Shown in pieces: positions 28,667-38,298 of a DNA stretch of 64,000 bases (position 1 is its first letter; every line of letters starts with the position of its first letter). A model generated the notes under the pieces. That model did no database searches. It had not been told where the DNA came from and worked only from the letters and a program-made list of their open reading frames with translations. A program made the position numbers and the translations under genes. This DNA is from Steroidobacteraceae bacterium (GTDB lineage: Bacteria; Pseudomonadota; Gammaproteobacteria; Steroidobacterales; Steroidobacteraceae): NCBI GenBank assembly GCA_035765415.1, contig DASTXR010000159.1, positions 48 to 64,047 of the forward strand. Direction: 5' to 3'.

Positions 28667-30586
28667 TCAAAACTGGGCTGAGACCGGATACTTTTCCAGC
28701 ACGGAACCGAGCGCCTGCTTCAACGGATCGAGCCACGGCTCGTAGTGCCGCCACTGGTCGACGCCCTCGCGAAATATCGGGCGACGCACCTGTTCGGAGC
28801 TGGCGGTGCGCACCGCTCGCTGGTTCTCGTGGAACCGGAGCACGCCGTCTTCGAACGGCAAGCCGCAGTATTCGAGCAGGCGGCGGATCTCGCCCTCGGT
28901 GTCCTCGACCATGTTTTCGTAGAACACGCGATGCACGCGTCCGGGTAACACGGCATCGAAATGGTCCATGAGCTCGACGTAGTTGCGGTAGTAGCGGCCG
29001 ATTTCCGCGAGGTCATATGTGAAACTCTGGCCGCGCGCAAAGTGCTGCTTGAAGCAGGAGAAGCAGCAGCCGAGCGGGTGCCTTCGGGCGTCGACGATCC
29101 TGGAATTCGGCAGCATCAGGTGAATGAGCCCGACGTGCGCGAAGTTATTAGGCATCTTGTCGATGAAGAATGGCCGGTCGGTCTTGCGCTGGATGCGTGT
29201 TTGCGCCAGGTATTGCTCGCCGAACGCCCGCAGCTCGTCCGCGGAATACCGCTCGAGCGCGCGCGGATACGCGGACCCTTCCGCGCGTGTGGTCCGCTTG
29301 CCGATGATGCGCGCGATCATCGTGACGTCCGGCAGCTCCTGCGTGCCCTCGACCTGCGAGTGTGTCGCGAGAATCTGTTCGATGAGCGTGGAACCGGACC
29401 GGGGCAGCCCGACCACGAAGATCGGGTCGGGCGCGGGGCAACCCATGCCACTGCGCGCGGCAAAAAACGCCGGCGTGAACAGCTTCTTCGAGCGCGCGAC
29501 ATGCGCTTCGTTGTCCTCGGCGTCGTAGCGGATCAGCTTGCGGCGCAACGCGTTGCCGCGCCGGTAGTGTTCGAACGATTCCGCGTACTCGCTCGTGTCC
29601 TCGAGCGCCTTGCCGAGCGCGAAATCGAAGTGAAACCGGTCTTCGTTCGTCAGGTCCGTACGCTCGAGCTGCGCGCGCATCGTCGCGATGTCATCGCTGC
29701 TGAAACGGTAGGTCTTGAGGTTGGCCAGGCTCCACCACACTTCCCCGAAGCGCGGCGTCAGTTCAATACAGCGACGATACGCGTCGATGCTCGCAGCGTT
29801 CTGGCCCGCCGTTTTCAATGCGTGACCCAGGCTCATCCATATGCGCGGCTGCCGCGGATAGTCCGCGAGCACGGCTTTGTATTGCTGGATCGACTTTTCG
29901 AACTCGCCGATGCGGCCGAGGATCGCCGCCTTGAGATTTCGAAGGCCGGGGTTCGTCGGATCCTCGGCGAGCAATGCCTGCACCTCTTGAAGCGCAGCCT
30001 CGGGCTTGTTTGCCCGGTGCAGCACCATTGCATAGTTCTGCCGCGCCACCTTGAAACCGGGTGCGAGTTCGAGGCAACGCGCGAGCAGGACCTCCGCGTC
30101 GGCGGTACGCCCGATGCGCGCCGCAACTTCGGCGAGCATCCGGATGGCGGCGACGTCGGTGGGATAGTGCCGCAGGTGTTCGCGCAGCGAAGCTTCCGCT
30201 TCCGGGATGCGGTTCTCGCTGAGCGCGAGCGCCGGCACCATGAGTTTCGGGTCGCTCGTCGAATACCGCAGATGCTGCGCGAAAGCTTCGTCCGCGGCTT
30301 CGCGCATCTCGAGCGCGCTGTAGTGATCCGCAAGCGCACGCCAGACGTCAGGCAGCGACGGCTTGAAGTGGACCGCGCGCCGCAGCGCCTCGATCGCATC
30401 GTCGCCCTTCCCGATGCGCCCCAACGCCAGACCCTTGAGCGCGAGCGCATCGGGCTGGTCAGGCAGCACCTTCAGTATTTCGTCGGCCTGCTCGATCGCC
30501 AACGGCGGGTCGCGGTCCAGCAGGCGCATCGCTTGCGCAAGCGCGAGCGCGAGCGTGCCAAGCGGATCTGCCGACGTACCGGTCAC
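28667..30586 (-). CDS. TPR-repeat sulfotransferase-family protein
   Basis: About 330 aa of TPR repeats, then a sulfotransferase 5'-PSB loop (VVGLPRSGSTLIEQIL). Start set at a GTG overlapping the upstream stop (GTGA); an ATG at 30529 is an alternative. Confidence 0.75.
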   Translation of the reverse strand: MTGTSADPLGTLALALAQAMRLLDRDPPLAIEQADEILKVLPDQPDALALKGLALGRIGKGDDAIEALRRAVHFKPSLPDVWRALADHYSALEMREAADEAFAQHLRYSTSDPKLMVPALALSENRIPEAEASLREHLRHYPTDVAAIRMLAEVAARIGRTADAEVLLARCLELAPGFKVARQNYAMVLHRANKPEAALQEVQALLAEDPTNPGLRNLKAAILGRIGEFEKSIQQYKAVLADYPRQPRIWMSLGHALKTAGQNAASIDAYRRCIELTPRFGEVWWSLANLKTYRFSSDDIATMRAQLERTDLTNEDRFHFDFALGKALEDTSEYAESFEHYRRGNALRRKLIRYDAEDNEAHVARSKKLFTPAFFAARSGMGCPAPDPIFVVGLPRSGSTLIEQILATHSQVEGTQELPDVTMIARIIGKRTTRAEGSAYPRALERYSADELRAFGEQYLAQTRIQRKTDRPFFIDKMPNNFAHVGLIHLMLPNSRIVDARRHPLGCCFSCFKQHFARGQSFTYDLAEIGRYYRNYVELMDHFDAVLPGRVHRVFYENMVEDTEGEIRRLLEYCGLPFEDGVLRFHENQRAVRTASSEQVRRPIFREGVDQWRHYEPWLDPLKQALGSVLEKYPVSAQF

Positions 30587-32019
30587 TTCCTGCCGGTCCC
30601 CGCGAGATCCTTCACGAGCAGGTACCACATCTCGAGCCCGTCATAGAACGACTTCACGGGGATGCGCTCGTTGAGGCCGTGCGCGAACGCGTCCTTGTCC
30701 TTGATGAACGTGGGATCCACGCCGTAGGTCGGAATGCCGACCGCGCGGAACACCAGGCCGTCGGTGGCGCCCGAAGCCTGCTGGGGCACGATGTTGGCGG
30801 CGGGATAGAACTTGTGCACGACGCGCGTGACGGCCGCGACGATGTCGTTGCGCAGCGGCGAGGCGTCGCTCGACATGGGCTCGCCATCCACCGTCACCTC
30901 GACGCCCTCGCCCACGACGCCCGCCAGCGCCAGGCGTACGTCGTCGACCTTCACGCCCGGGAAAATGCGGCAGTTGACGTTGGCGACGGCGCTCTGCGGA
31001 AGCGCGTTTTCGGCGTGCCCGCCTTCGAGCATGGTGGCCACGCAGGTGGTGCGCGTCTGTCCGACGTACGCCGGATTCGCCGCGAGCGCGGCGGCCGCGG
31101 CTTCGTCCTTGGGATTGGCGGCGAATTTCGACATCGCCGCGCCCAGTTCTCCCGGCGTGTTCTTCGCTGCCGACCGGAAACTCGCGACGGTGGTGTCGTT
31201 CCACATGACCGGGAAGCTGAACTGGCGCAGCTTCACGAGCGCCGTGGCGAGATCGTAGATCGCGTTGTCGGCGCGCGGCATCGAGCTGTGACCGCCCGGG
31301 TTGCGCGTGGTGAGTTTGAAGTCCGCGTAGGTTTTCTCGGCGGTCTGCAAGCCGTAGAACAACGGCTTGCCGGTGTCGTCGTCGAGCGTGCCGCCGCCGC
31401 CGTCGGAGTTCAGCGCGTATTCGGCGTCGATGAGATGCCGATGTTTGTTTGCGACCGCCACCGTGGTGGCCATCGAGGTTTCCTCGTCGCCGCTGAAATA
31501 GATGATGAGGTCGCGCTTCGGGACGAACTTTTCCGCCTTGAGGCGCAGGAAAAGCGTTGTCAGCCCGGCGACGCCGTGTTTCACGTCGTAGGTGCCGCGC
31601 CCGTAGAAGTAGCCGTTCTCTTCGATGAGCTTGTAAGGGTCGCGCACCCAGTCCGACGCCCTGGCCGTCACCACGTCCATGTGGGCGAGCAGCAGGATGG
31701 GTTTGCCGCCGCTGCCGTCGCCGCGGTAACGCACGACGAGCGCCGCGGTGCAGTCCGCCGGTAGTTTGAACGGCACGATGGTGACGTCTTCGGCCGGAAA
31801 ACCCGCGGCACGAAACTCGCCGGCGAGATATTCGGCCATCTCCGGAACCTTGCCGAGGCCCAGCGAGGTGGGGATGGAGATCACTTTCTCGAAGATTTCG
31901 CGCGCCTTGGCGTCGAACGGGCCGCGCGCGGGACGCAGGGCGGCGCTCGCGGAGGAGCCAGCGGTGAACGCCAGCAACACCCCGGCCGTTAACAATGTCA
32001 GCTTCTGTTTGGATTTCAT
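30583..32019 (-). CDS. M20-family metallopeptidase (secreted)
   Basis: Trimmed to MKSKQKLTLL... signal peptide. LLLAHMDVV, SGDEET and GGHAENALP motifs. Confidence 0.8.
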   Translation of the reverse strand: MKSKQKLTLLTAGVLLAFTAGSSASAALRPARGPFDAKAREIFEKVISIPTSLGLGKVPEMAEYLAGEFRAAGFPAEDVTIVPFKLPADCTAALVVRYRGDGSGGKPILLLAHMDVVTARASDWVRDPYKLIEENGYFYGRGTYDVKHGVAGLTTLFLRLKAEKFVPKRDLIIYFSGDEETSMATTVAVANKHRHLIDAEYALNSDGGGGTLDDDTGKPLFYGLQTAEKTYADFKLTTRNPGGHSSMPRADNAIYDLATALVKLRQFSFPVMWNDTTVASFRSAAKNTPGELGAAMSKFAANPKDEAAAAALAANPAYVGQTRTTCVATMLEGGHAENALPQSAVANVNCRIFPGVKVDDVRLALAGVVGEGVEVTVDGEPMSSDASPLRNDIVAAVTRVVHKFYPAANIVPQQASGATDGLVFRAVGIPTYGVDPTFIKDKDAFAHGLNERIPVKSFYDGLEMWYLLVKDLAGTGRK

Positions 32020-32139
32020 TGGCCTCGACCCCAAGTACGATGCCGGAATCTTACCTACACAACACTTGCATTGGGGGCGCGTGCCTTTATTCTTCGGGTT
32101 CGCGCGCTCGTTGCGCGCTCGTTCCCGCGGGAGGGTTCC

Positions 32140-32889
32140 ATGTTCAGCCGCATCGCCAACCTGTTCAAAGGTTTCCTGTCGTTGTTTGTCTCGGGCGTCG
32201 AGAGGCGCAATCCCGAAGCGCTGCTGGAACTCGAACAGGAAAACCTGCGCAAGCAGGTCGGCAACTTCAACCAGGGACTCGCCTCACACGCCGGCTTGTC
32301 CGAACGCCTCATGAGCCAGGTGCGCAAGCTCGAAGCCGAGCAGAAAGATCTGCGCGCCAAGACCACCGCGCACGTGCGCGCCGGCAACAACTCCGCCGCC
32401 GGCCAGTACGCGCTGCGCCTGCAGTCCGTGGAAGCCCAGCTCACCGAGAACCGCGCCCAGCTCGAGCAGGCCGAAACCACTTACAAGAACCTGGTGAAGG
32501 CCCGCGACGTCGCCGTGCAGACGGCGCGCGCCAAGATCGAAAGCCTGAAAGGCGCCATCAACGACATGCGCATGAAACAGGCCATGGCTGAAATCCACGA
32601 GATGTCGGCCGGCATGATCACCAACATCGGCGGCGCAGGCGACACGCTGAACCGCCTCGAAGGCATGGTCATGGAAGAGCGCGACAAGGCGGCCGGCCGT
32701 GCGCGCGTGGCCCGCGACGCCGTCGACATGTCGCAGGTCGAGGTCAAGGAAGCCGAGATGACCGCGCTCGCCGACCAGGCGCTGGCGGACTTCGCGGCGC
32801 GCGAGGGCATCTCGCTGAAGGGCACGGCCGCACCCGCACCGGCGGAGCGCTCCATGGGCACGGCTGAAAAGCCCCAGGGAAATGCATAA
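32140..32889 (+). CDS. PspA/IM30 (ESCRT-III superfamily) family protein
   Basis: Trimmed to MFSRIANLFKGFLSLFVSGVERRNPEALLELEQENL with GGGAGG Shine-Dalgarno. Long coiled-coil heptads typical of PspA/Vipp1. Confidence 0.8.
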   Translation: MFSRIANLFKGFLSLFVSGVERRNPEALLELEQENLRKQVGNFNQGLASHAGLSERLMSQVRKLEAEQKDLRAKTTAHVRAGNNSAAGQYALRLQSVEAQLTENRAQLEQAETTYKNLVKARDVAVQTARAKIESLKGAINDMRMKQAMAEIHEMSAGMITNIGGAGDTLNRLEGMVMEERDKAAGRARVARDAVDMSQVEVKEAEMTALADQALADFAAREGISLKGTAAPAPAERSMGTAEKPQGNA

Positions 32890-32929
32890 GGTCAATAGTT
32901 AGCTGAACGCCATACCACGAGAATCGGGC

Positions 32930-34579
32930 GTGCCCGCTCCGTCCGCAACACCCGCCTGGGCCGCCGAGCTCAGGCTCGCCTACGAAAGCGGCGCGTCCAG
33001 CCAGTTCATCCTGTTCGGCAACGTGCACGACCGGCTGGCCGTGGACCAACGCCTGGTCAGCCTCGCGGACTTCCTCGAGGACACGCTGCTCAAGAGCTTC
33101 GGCGTGGTGCTGTCTTACGACCTCGGCAGCGGCCTCAACATCGAGCGCGGCGGCGAAATCGTCGACAAGTGGCAGGGCGCGGAGCTCAAGCGCATGGCGC
33201 GCGAGCCGTTGGCGGCCGTCCAGTGGATCGACCGCTACCTGCGCTACCTCGGCAACCTGCGCGCGCTCGGCACCAGCGAGAAAACGCCGAACGTCGCAGT
33301 GATCCTGCGCAGCGTCGATCACATCGTGCCCGCGGACGGCGCCGGTTTCGAACACGGCAGCATCACCAGCATGCTGCGCGCGTGGTCCTGCGACTCGCCG
33401 TTCACCGACCTGCCGTTCACCAGCCTGTTGATCGCCGACAACCTCAACGACGTCGAACCGCTGCTCGCCAGCGCGGCTCACACCGTGCGCACGCGCGTGC
33501 CGCTGCCCGACGCGGCCGCGCTTGCGCAGGCGCTCGAAATCATGCGCAAGCAGAGCCCGCGGGCTTTCGCGCCAGAGGCCAACCTGCCGCAGATCGCCGG
33601 CATGCTCACGGGCGTCACCGTGTCGAGCCTCGGCAGCCTCACGAGTATTCGCCACTTCGAGTCGAAACCCCTCGCCGACGCCGACCTCGCAAGGCTCAAG
33701 AAAGAGCTGGTGGAACGCGATTCCTCGGGGCTGGTGGAATTCATCGAAGGCAAACGCACGCTCAACGACTACCACGGGCAGGAATCGCTGAAGACCTGGC
33801 TGCGCCAGGACATCGCCTTGTGGCGCGCCGGCGACCTGAAGGCGCTGCCCATGGGCTATCTACTGTGCGGCCCGGTGGGCACGGGCAAAACCTACCTCGT
33901 CGAGTGCCTCGCGGGTGAAGCCGGCGTGCCCGTGGTCAAGCTCAAGAACTTCCGCGACCGCTGGGTGGGTTCGTCCGAAGGCAACCTCGAGAAGATTTTC
34001 CGGCTCATTCGCGCGCTCGGCCGCTGCATGGTGTTCATCGACGAGGCCGACCAGACGCTCGGCAAACGCGACTCGGGCGCGAACGATTCGGGTCTTTCCG
34101 GCCGCATTTACTCGATGATCGCCCAGGAGATGTCGGACAGCGGCAATCGCGGGCGCGTGTTGTGGTTGTTAGCCTCGTCGCGGCCGGATCTCATCGAGGT
34201 CGACCTGAAGCGCCCGGGGCGCATCGACGTGAAGGTGCCGTTGCTGCCCACGAGCACACCCGCCGAGAGTGCGCAGCTCGTCGGCATGCTGGCGAAGCGC
34301 TACGGCCTCGAAATCGGCGCCGCGGATCTCGCGCGCCTCGAGCCGCGCATGCCCACGCTGCTGACGCCCGGCGCGGCCGAGGCGCTCGTGGTCAAGGCCT
34401 ATCGGCACGCCCGCACGCAGAACGTCCCCGGCGGCGCCGCGCTCGAAGCCAGCCTCGATGGCTACCAGAACCCCGTGCCCGCCGACGTCCTCGAATTCCA
34501 GATGCGCATCGCCATCCGCGAGGCGACGGACCTCGGCTTCGTGCCGCCGGCGTTTCGCGCGATGGCCAAAGCGGAATGA
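32930..34579 (+). CDS. Classical-clade AAA+ ATPase with ~280-aa N-terminal non-ATPase region
   Basis: Walker A GPVGTGKT, Walker B VFIDEAD, SRH-like KRPGRIDVKV. GTG start. Confidence 0.8.
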   Translation: MPAPSATPAWAAELRLAYESGASSQFILFGNVHDRLAVDQRLVSLADFLEDTLLKSFGVVLSYDLGSGLNIERGGEIVDKWQGAELKRMAREPLAAVQWIDRYLRYLGNLRALGTSEKTPNVAVILRSVDHIVPADGAGFEHGSITSMLRAWSCDSPFTDLPFTSLLIADNLNDVEPLLASAAHTVRTRVPLPDAAALAQALEIMRKQSPRAFAPEANLPQIAGMLTGVTVSSLGSLTSIRHFESKPLADADLARLKKELVERDSSGLVEFIEGKRTLNDYHGQESLKTWLRQDIALWRAGDLKALPMGYLLCGPVGTGKTYLVECLAGEAGVPVVKLKNFRDRWVGSSEGNLEKIFRLIRALGRCMVFIDEADQTLGKRDSGANDSGLSGRIYSMIAQEMSDSGNRGRVLWLLASSRPDLIEVDLKRPGRIDVKVPLLPTSTPAESAQLVGMLAKRYGLEIGAADLARLEPRMPTLLTPGAAEALVVKAYRHARTQNVPGGAALEASLDGYQNPVPADVLEFQMRIAIREATDLGFVPPAFRAMAKAE

Positions 34580-34589
34580 ATCGAGCGCA

Positions 34590-35441
34590 ATGAAGAAGAA
34601 GCCGTCCTACCTGCGAGCCGCGTTCAATGCGCGGCCGCTGGGCATGCCGATACCGCCCAACTGGTTCGGAGTGGCCGCGTTCGGATTGCTGGGCGCGTTG
34701 ATCAATCCCGGGCTGTGGCTCATCGGCGCCGGCCTCGAAGGGTTCTACCTGTGGTGGCTGTCGAAGAACGAGCGCTTCCGCGCCACGGTGGATGCCGAAC
34801 ATGGCTTCTCCGACAGCACGTCACGCTACGAGGAAATGCTCGCGAAACTCGACTCCGCCGCGCAGGGGCACCAGTACGAAATCGAGCAGGAAGCCGCCGA
34901 GATCGTCCAGCTCCTGCAACGCAGTGAGGCGCATGGTTCGCAGATCGGCGACGTGCGCCAGATGGCGTGGCTGCACCTGAAGCTGCTGGCGGCGCGCGAT
35001 TCGTTTGCCGAAGTCGTCGAAGCGGCCGATCGCGAGCGCAAGAAACTCGACGAGCAGGAACGCCGCTGCCGCGAGCGGCTCGCCGCCACGGGCACCGACG
35101 AAGAGCTGCGCCGCAGCCTCGAGCAACAGATCGAAGTCATCGGTTCGCGGCGCGCCGCGCATGCCGATGCCCAGCGCCGCATGGAACTGGTCGACGCGGA
35201 GCTCGGCCGCCTGCGCCAGCAGGTGTCGCTGGTGCGCGAGCAGGCGTTGCTGGTCACCGAGGAAGGCAACATCGGCCAGTCGCTCGACGCCCTGTCGGCG
35301 TCGCTCAATGAAGCGAATCGCTGGCTCAAGGATCAGCGCGAGTTGTTCGCGGGCCTCGAAAATTTCACCGACGAACCGCCACCGGCGGATCTGTTGGCGT
35401 CGAAGCGCGGAGTCAGACGTTCCGCGAAAGTTTCGGAGTAA
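34590..35441 (+). CDS. Membrane protein with two N-terminal TM helices and a long cytoplasmic coiled-coil, unknown function
   Basis: Track ORF trimmed to the ATG at 34590 (MKKKPSYLRAAF...). WFGVAAFGLLGALINPGLWLIGAGLEGFYLWWL, then Glu/Arg/Leu-rich heptads. Confidence 0.65.
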   Translation: MKKKPSYLRAAFNARPLGMPIPPNWFGVAAFGLLGALINPGLWLIGAGLEGFYLWWLSKNERFRATVDAEHGFSDSTSRYEEMLAKLDSAAQGHQYEIEQEAAEIVQLLQRSEAHGSQIGDVRQMAWLHLKLLAARDSFAEVVEAADRERKKLDEQERRCRERLAATGTDEELRRSLEQQIEVIGSRRAAHADAQRRMELVDAELGRLRQQVSLVREQALLVTEEGNIGQSLDALSASLNEANRWLKDQRELFAGLENFTDEPPPADLLASKRGVRRSAKVSE

Positions 35442-35454
35442 AGGAGAAGTGCAC

Positions 35455-37164
35455 ATGTCCTCGAGTCATCGTTATGCACGCGGTTCGGCCGCCGGCAACC
35501 TCATCACGTTGCTGCTGCTGGTCGGCGTGGTCGCCCTGGGCGCATGGCTGTGGCTGGGAAAGAAGGAAGAACCCAAGGCCGCGGGTGAATCGGCGAGGCC
35601 GAGTGCTTCGCAGCCGGCACGCGAAAAAGCCGTTGCCGCGCCGGAAGGTGATGCGCCCTCACCCATCGAACCGGTGATCGGCACGCCGACGCTCGAAGCG
35701 GCGAACACCTTCGTGCCGAAGGACAACATCCTGCGCATCGACATCAGCGAATACGCCGGCTACGGCGGCCTCATCGTCGCCAATGGCGGCCTCGAACCGA
35801 ACGCCGATTCGTTCTTCGCGAAGGAGTACGGCTTCAAGGTGGCGATCTCGATGAGCGAAAGCGAGACCTGGGGCCCGCTCAACAACGGCCGCCTCGCCGC
35901 CACGGCGACCACGGCCGACGCGCTGGCCGTGCTCGGACGGCAATTCGAAGCGGTGATCCCGGTACAGCTCGGATACTCGCGCGGCGCGGACATGGTGGTG
36001 GTGGATCGCGGCATCGCTTCGGTGAACGCGCTCGGCGGCAAGGTCCTGGCCGCTTCGCAATTCAACGAAAGCGAGTTCTTCATTCGCTATCTCGCGCAGG
36101 AAGCCGGCATCCCCGTGGTGGTGTTGCGCGACCTCGATGGAAAGCCCAAGGCCGGCTCGCTCGGCCTGGTGTTCTACGAAGATGCGTTTGCCGCCTGCGA
36201 CGCCTATCAACACGAGCTCGCCGGCGGCGGCGGCCGCCTGAACGGCTGCGTCGGCTGGACGCCGAAAACCGACGAAGTCATCGAAGCCAGCAAAGGCGCC
36301 GCCAAGGCGCTGGTATCCAACCGCAACCTGCTGGTCATTGCCGACGTGCTGGCGGTGAACAAGGGATTCGCGAAAGCCCACCCGGAAATGGTGAAAGGCC
36401 TCGTGCACGGCATTCTCGAAGGCAATCGCCGCCTGCGTGACAACCAGGCGGAGAACATCGCCGTGGTCGCCAAGGCGTTCAAGTGGACCGAGGAGGAAGC
36501 GCGCGACGAGCTCGCGCACGTGCATCTGTCGAACGCGCCGGAAAACCGCGCATTCTTCGCCGGCACCATCGATTCCGCCGGTTCGTTCGGCGGCATCTTC
36601 CAGTCTTCGGTGCTGGCCTACGGCAGCCTGCTGCGCAATCCCGCCGATCCTTCGCGGTTCGCGGACTCGAGCTTTCTCGACGCGATCGTCAAGCGTGCGC
36701 CGTTCTCCGAGCAGAAAATTGCCATCGCGCCGATCCGCACGTCGACACAGGCCGCGCTCGAAGGCGACCCGCTGCTCAGCAAGGACATCCGGTTCTTCTT
36801 CGAACCCAACTCCTCGAACCTCGACCGCTCCGCGGCCCAGAACCAGGAGTACCTGCAGACCATCAAGCGGTTCCTGCAGGTGAGCCCCGGCTCCACCGTG
36901 CTTCTGCGCGGCCACGTGGACAACGCGCGCGTCGATGAATTCCGCAAGTCGGGCGGCGAGCAGCTCGTGCAGAGCATGGCGCTGAAGGCCATGGAGCTGT
37001 CACGTCAACGCGCGATGGCGGTGAGCACAGCCCTGCTCGAAAAATTCCCGGAGATCGACAAGACAAGAGTGGAGTCGGTGGGCCGTGGCTGGGAAGAGCC
37101 CACGGGCGCCACCGACAACGCTCAGAACCGCCGCGTAGAGGTGCAGTGGTTCACCGTCGAGTAG
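35455..37164 (+). CDS. Membrane-anchored periplasmic-binding-protein-like (NMT1/ABC SBP type) domain fused to a C-terminal OmpA-like peptidoglycan-binding domain
   Basis: AAGGAGAAG Shine-Dalgarno. N-terminal TM helix. C-terminus GHVDNAR...LSRQRAMAV...NRRVEVQWF is OmpA_C-like. Confidence 0.7.
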   Translation: MSSSHRYARGSAAGNLITLLLLVGVVALGAWLWLGKKEEPKAAGESARPSASQPAREKAVAAPEGDAPSPIEPVIGTPTLEAANTFVPKDNILRIDISEYAGYGGLIVANGGLEPNADSFFAKEYGFKVAISMSESETWGPLNNGRLAATATTADALAVLGRQFEAVIPVQLGYSRGADMVVVDRGIASVNALGGKVLAASQFNESEFFIRYLAQEAGIPVVVLRDLDGKPKAGSLGLVFYEDAFAACDAYQHELAGGGGRLNGCVGWTPKTDEVIEASKGAAKALVSNRNLLVIADVLAVNKGFAKAHPEMVKGLVHGILEGNRRLRDNQAENIAVVAKAFKWTEEEARDELAHVHLSNAPENRAFFAGTIDSAGSFGGIFQSSVLAYGSLLRNPADPSRFADSSFLDAIVKRAPFSEQKIAIAPIRTSTQAALEGDPLLSKDIRFFFEPNSSNLDRSAAQNQEYLQTIKRFLQVSPGSTVLLRGHVDNARVDEFRKSGGEQLVQSMALKAMELSRQRAMAVSTALLEKFPEIDKTRVESVGRGWEEPTGATDNAQNRRVEVQWFTVE

Positions 37165-37167
37165 TCC

Positions 37168-37989
37168 TCAGCTCGTGGCGCAGCGCGCCACCAGGATGTT
37201 GGACCACGGGCTGGTGCCGTTCATCGTCACGTCGCTGCGGGTGATCTGGTAGTAACCACCGTTCGCGGTGAATGCAGTGCTGCACGTGCGGCCGATCGCA
37301 ATGCGGCCGACGATGGCGCGCGGCGACCAGCTGCCGTTCGACTGCTGGAGCACGTCGTACACGTCCACGGACGTGGTACGCAGCGTGCCGGTCGGCGGCG
37401 GCACGGGCGGCGTCGTGCCGGTGATGGTGATGTTCACCGTGCGGGCAGCCGTCGCACCCGTGATCGTCTTGGACGCCACGTTGCTGGTGTCGGATTCCAC
37501 GTTGCTCGTATTGAACGCGCGCACCGCGAAGTACCACGTGCCCGGCGTCAGCGGACTGATCGTGGCCGAACGCCGCGTCATGTCGTCGACGAGGTAGGTG
37601 TTGGTCAGCGACGTGCTGCTGGTGCCGTAGTACACGCGGAAGCCGGCGAGATTGACCAGCGGGCTGCCGTCGGTGTTCGTCGTGGGCGCAACCCACGAGA
37701 CACTCGTCGAACCGTTGGCCCAGGCGCAGGTGAGCGTGTAGTTAGTGCTGGCGGTGATGGTCGGCAGGGTCTGGGTGCCCGAAACCGCCTTGGTCCCGGA
37801 CCAGCCGCCGCTCGCGGTGCAGCTCGAGGCCACCGGGTTGGTCGACCACGTCAGCACCGGCGCAAAGCTTCCGGTCGAGGAAGTCCGATTGGCTTGCAGC
37901 GTCACCGTTCCGGCGGTCTGCGCTTGCGCGACACCGGCCGCAAAAATGAATCCAGCAACGAACAGATGACGAATTGTCTTGGCGCTCAC
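37168..37989 (-). CDS. Secreted protein with fibronectin-type-III-like domain
   Basis: Signal peptide FAAGVAQA-Q. VSWVAPTTNTDGSPLVNLAGFRVYYG...GTWYFAVRAFN is FN3-like. GTG start is a guess. Confidence 0.6.
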   Translation of the reverse strand: MSAKTIRHLFVAGFIFAAGVAQAQTAGTVTLQANRTSSTGSFAPVLTWSTNPVASSCTASGGWSGTKAVSGTQTLPTITASTNYTLTCAWANGSTSVSWVAPTTNTDGSPLVNLAGFRVYYGTSSTSLTNTYLVDDMTRRSATISPLTPGTWYFAVRAFNTSNVESDTSNVASKTITGATAARTVNITITGTTPPVPPPTGTLRTTSVDVYDVLQQSNGSWSPRAIVGRIAIGRTCSTAFTANGGYYQITRSDVTMNGTSPWSNILVARCATS

Positions 37990-38298
37990 GAACGGACCCC
38001 ACGAGTCAGAATGAATTGGGATCAGAGTGAGAGAGCAGGACAGGTGCCGCAAACGAACTGCGGGATTCTGCTTACGTGAAAAAAGGTAAACCCTGACGCT
38101 TGCGGGCGACACGCGCGCCTGGAAAAACGCTGGAGCGCCCGCGCCCGGGCGCAAAAAATCCAAAGGTTTACAAGAAACCCCTGCGCGCCACCACATGTGC
38201 CGGAAAATCTCCGCAACCTTAGAACAATCGCGGAGTCGCGCAAAATCGCGATGTGTTTTCCGTCACGCGCGCGCGGTGACGGCATCTGGCGACAAAAA

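Noticed and set aside
35659-36915. 418-aa minus-strand ORF inside the SBP-OmpA gene
   Set aside because: Antisense shadow, composition-driven.
38260-38282. Palindrome CCGTCACGCGCGCGCGGTGACGG downstream of the PA2778-like gene, considered as a terminator
   Set aside because: The T-run is on the wrong side for either transcription direction, so it cannot be called a rho-independent terminator.
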